Below are positions 63,280-64,000 of a DNA stretch of 64,000 nt, piece by piece. A model generated the notes under the pieces. It saw only the letters and a program-made list of their open reading frames with translations, made no database searches and was not told the DNA's origin. This DNA is from the human T2T-CHM13v2.0 reference genome, Homo sapiens. The stretch's first letter is position 1. Each line of letters begins with the position of its first letter. The position numbers were made by a program, and so were the translations under genes. The stretch lies in assembly GCF_009914755.1 (NCBI RefSeq), contig NC_060931.1. One strand, written 5' to 3'.

Positions 63280-63630
63280 CCAACATCTACTGTTTTTTGA
63301 TTTTTTGATTATGGCCATTCTTGCAGGAGTAAGGTGGTATCGCATTGTAGTTTTGATTTGCATTTCCCTGATCATTAGAGATGCTGAGCATTTCTTCTTA
63401 TGATTATTGGTCATTTGTATAGCTTCTTTTGAGAATTATCTATTCATGTCCTTAGGCCACTTTTTGATGGGCTTGTTTGTTTGAAAAAAACAATCAATTA
63501 GTTCTATGAAGTACTGAGTGTCTCTGTGCCAGGTACTGCAGTAGGAGATGGGACATATCAGTGAACAATAGCCAAAGGTCTACGCTATTCCTGAAGGTCA
63601 GGTATTGCGACAGACAGTTGACTACAAGCA

Positions 63631-64000
63631 TGTCAATAAAAAGAGTTAAACTCTGTAAAATATACGAAGAGATTTATTCTGAGCCAAATATAAGTGACCA
63701 AGGCCTATGAGGTCTCATGTCCTGAGGGGGTCTCAGGACCCCTCAGGAGGTCCTGAGAACATGTGCCCAAAGTGGTCAGGATACAGCTTGGTTTGATACA
63801 TTTTAGGGAGACATGAGACTTCAACCAAATACATTTAAGAAATACATTGGTTTGGTTCAGAAAGGTGGGTCAACTTGAAGGGGTAGGGGGTGGCTTCTAG
63901 GTTACAAGTAGGTTTAAAATTTTCCTGGTTGACAATTGGTTGAGTTCATCTAAAGTCCTGGGATCAATAGACAGGAAATGTCTGGGTTAAGGTAAAGGAT
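63631..64000 (-). mobile_element. MER4-group ERV1 LTR, truncated by window end
   Basis: aagagttaaactctgtaaaatat...gagatttattctgagccaaat...gaacatgtgcccaa. Confidence 0.88.

Larger units (their letters stand above)
57024..63479 (-). mobile_element. 5'-truncated L1PB split by HERV-H (57024-57669 and 63280-63479)
   Basis: ccataagttattggggtacaggtggtatttgg 3' end; ORF2 C-terminal peptides [12 protein letters not shown] and [24 protein letters not shown] rejoin across the provirus. Confidence 0.95.

Overview
Primate (very probably human) intergenic or intronic DNA, dominated by interspersed repeats: more than 25 Alu copies or fragments, several L1 generations, L2/MIR, MaLR LTRs (MLT1, MST, THE1), ERV1 LTRs, Tigger/hAT/mariner DNA elements, and a 5.6-kb two-LTR HERV-H provirus (57670-63279, minus strand) inside an L1PB. 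I find no credible host protein-coding gene, tRNA, rRNA or CRISPR array. The supplied ORFs are Alu, L1, Tigger or HERV-H remnants, or chance frames. I cannot support a new biological system. The most unusual signals are structural: a near-perfect 27-bp minisatellite built from a palindrome whose centre flips A/T; a 63-bp inverted templated copy about 1 kb from its twin; a tail-only retrotransposition scar later duplicated in tandem; a short L1 3' transduction; several perfect hairpins; and candidate enhancer motif clusters. Repeat subfamily names come from memory of consensus sequences, and boundaries of old elements are approximate.
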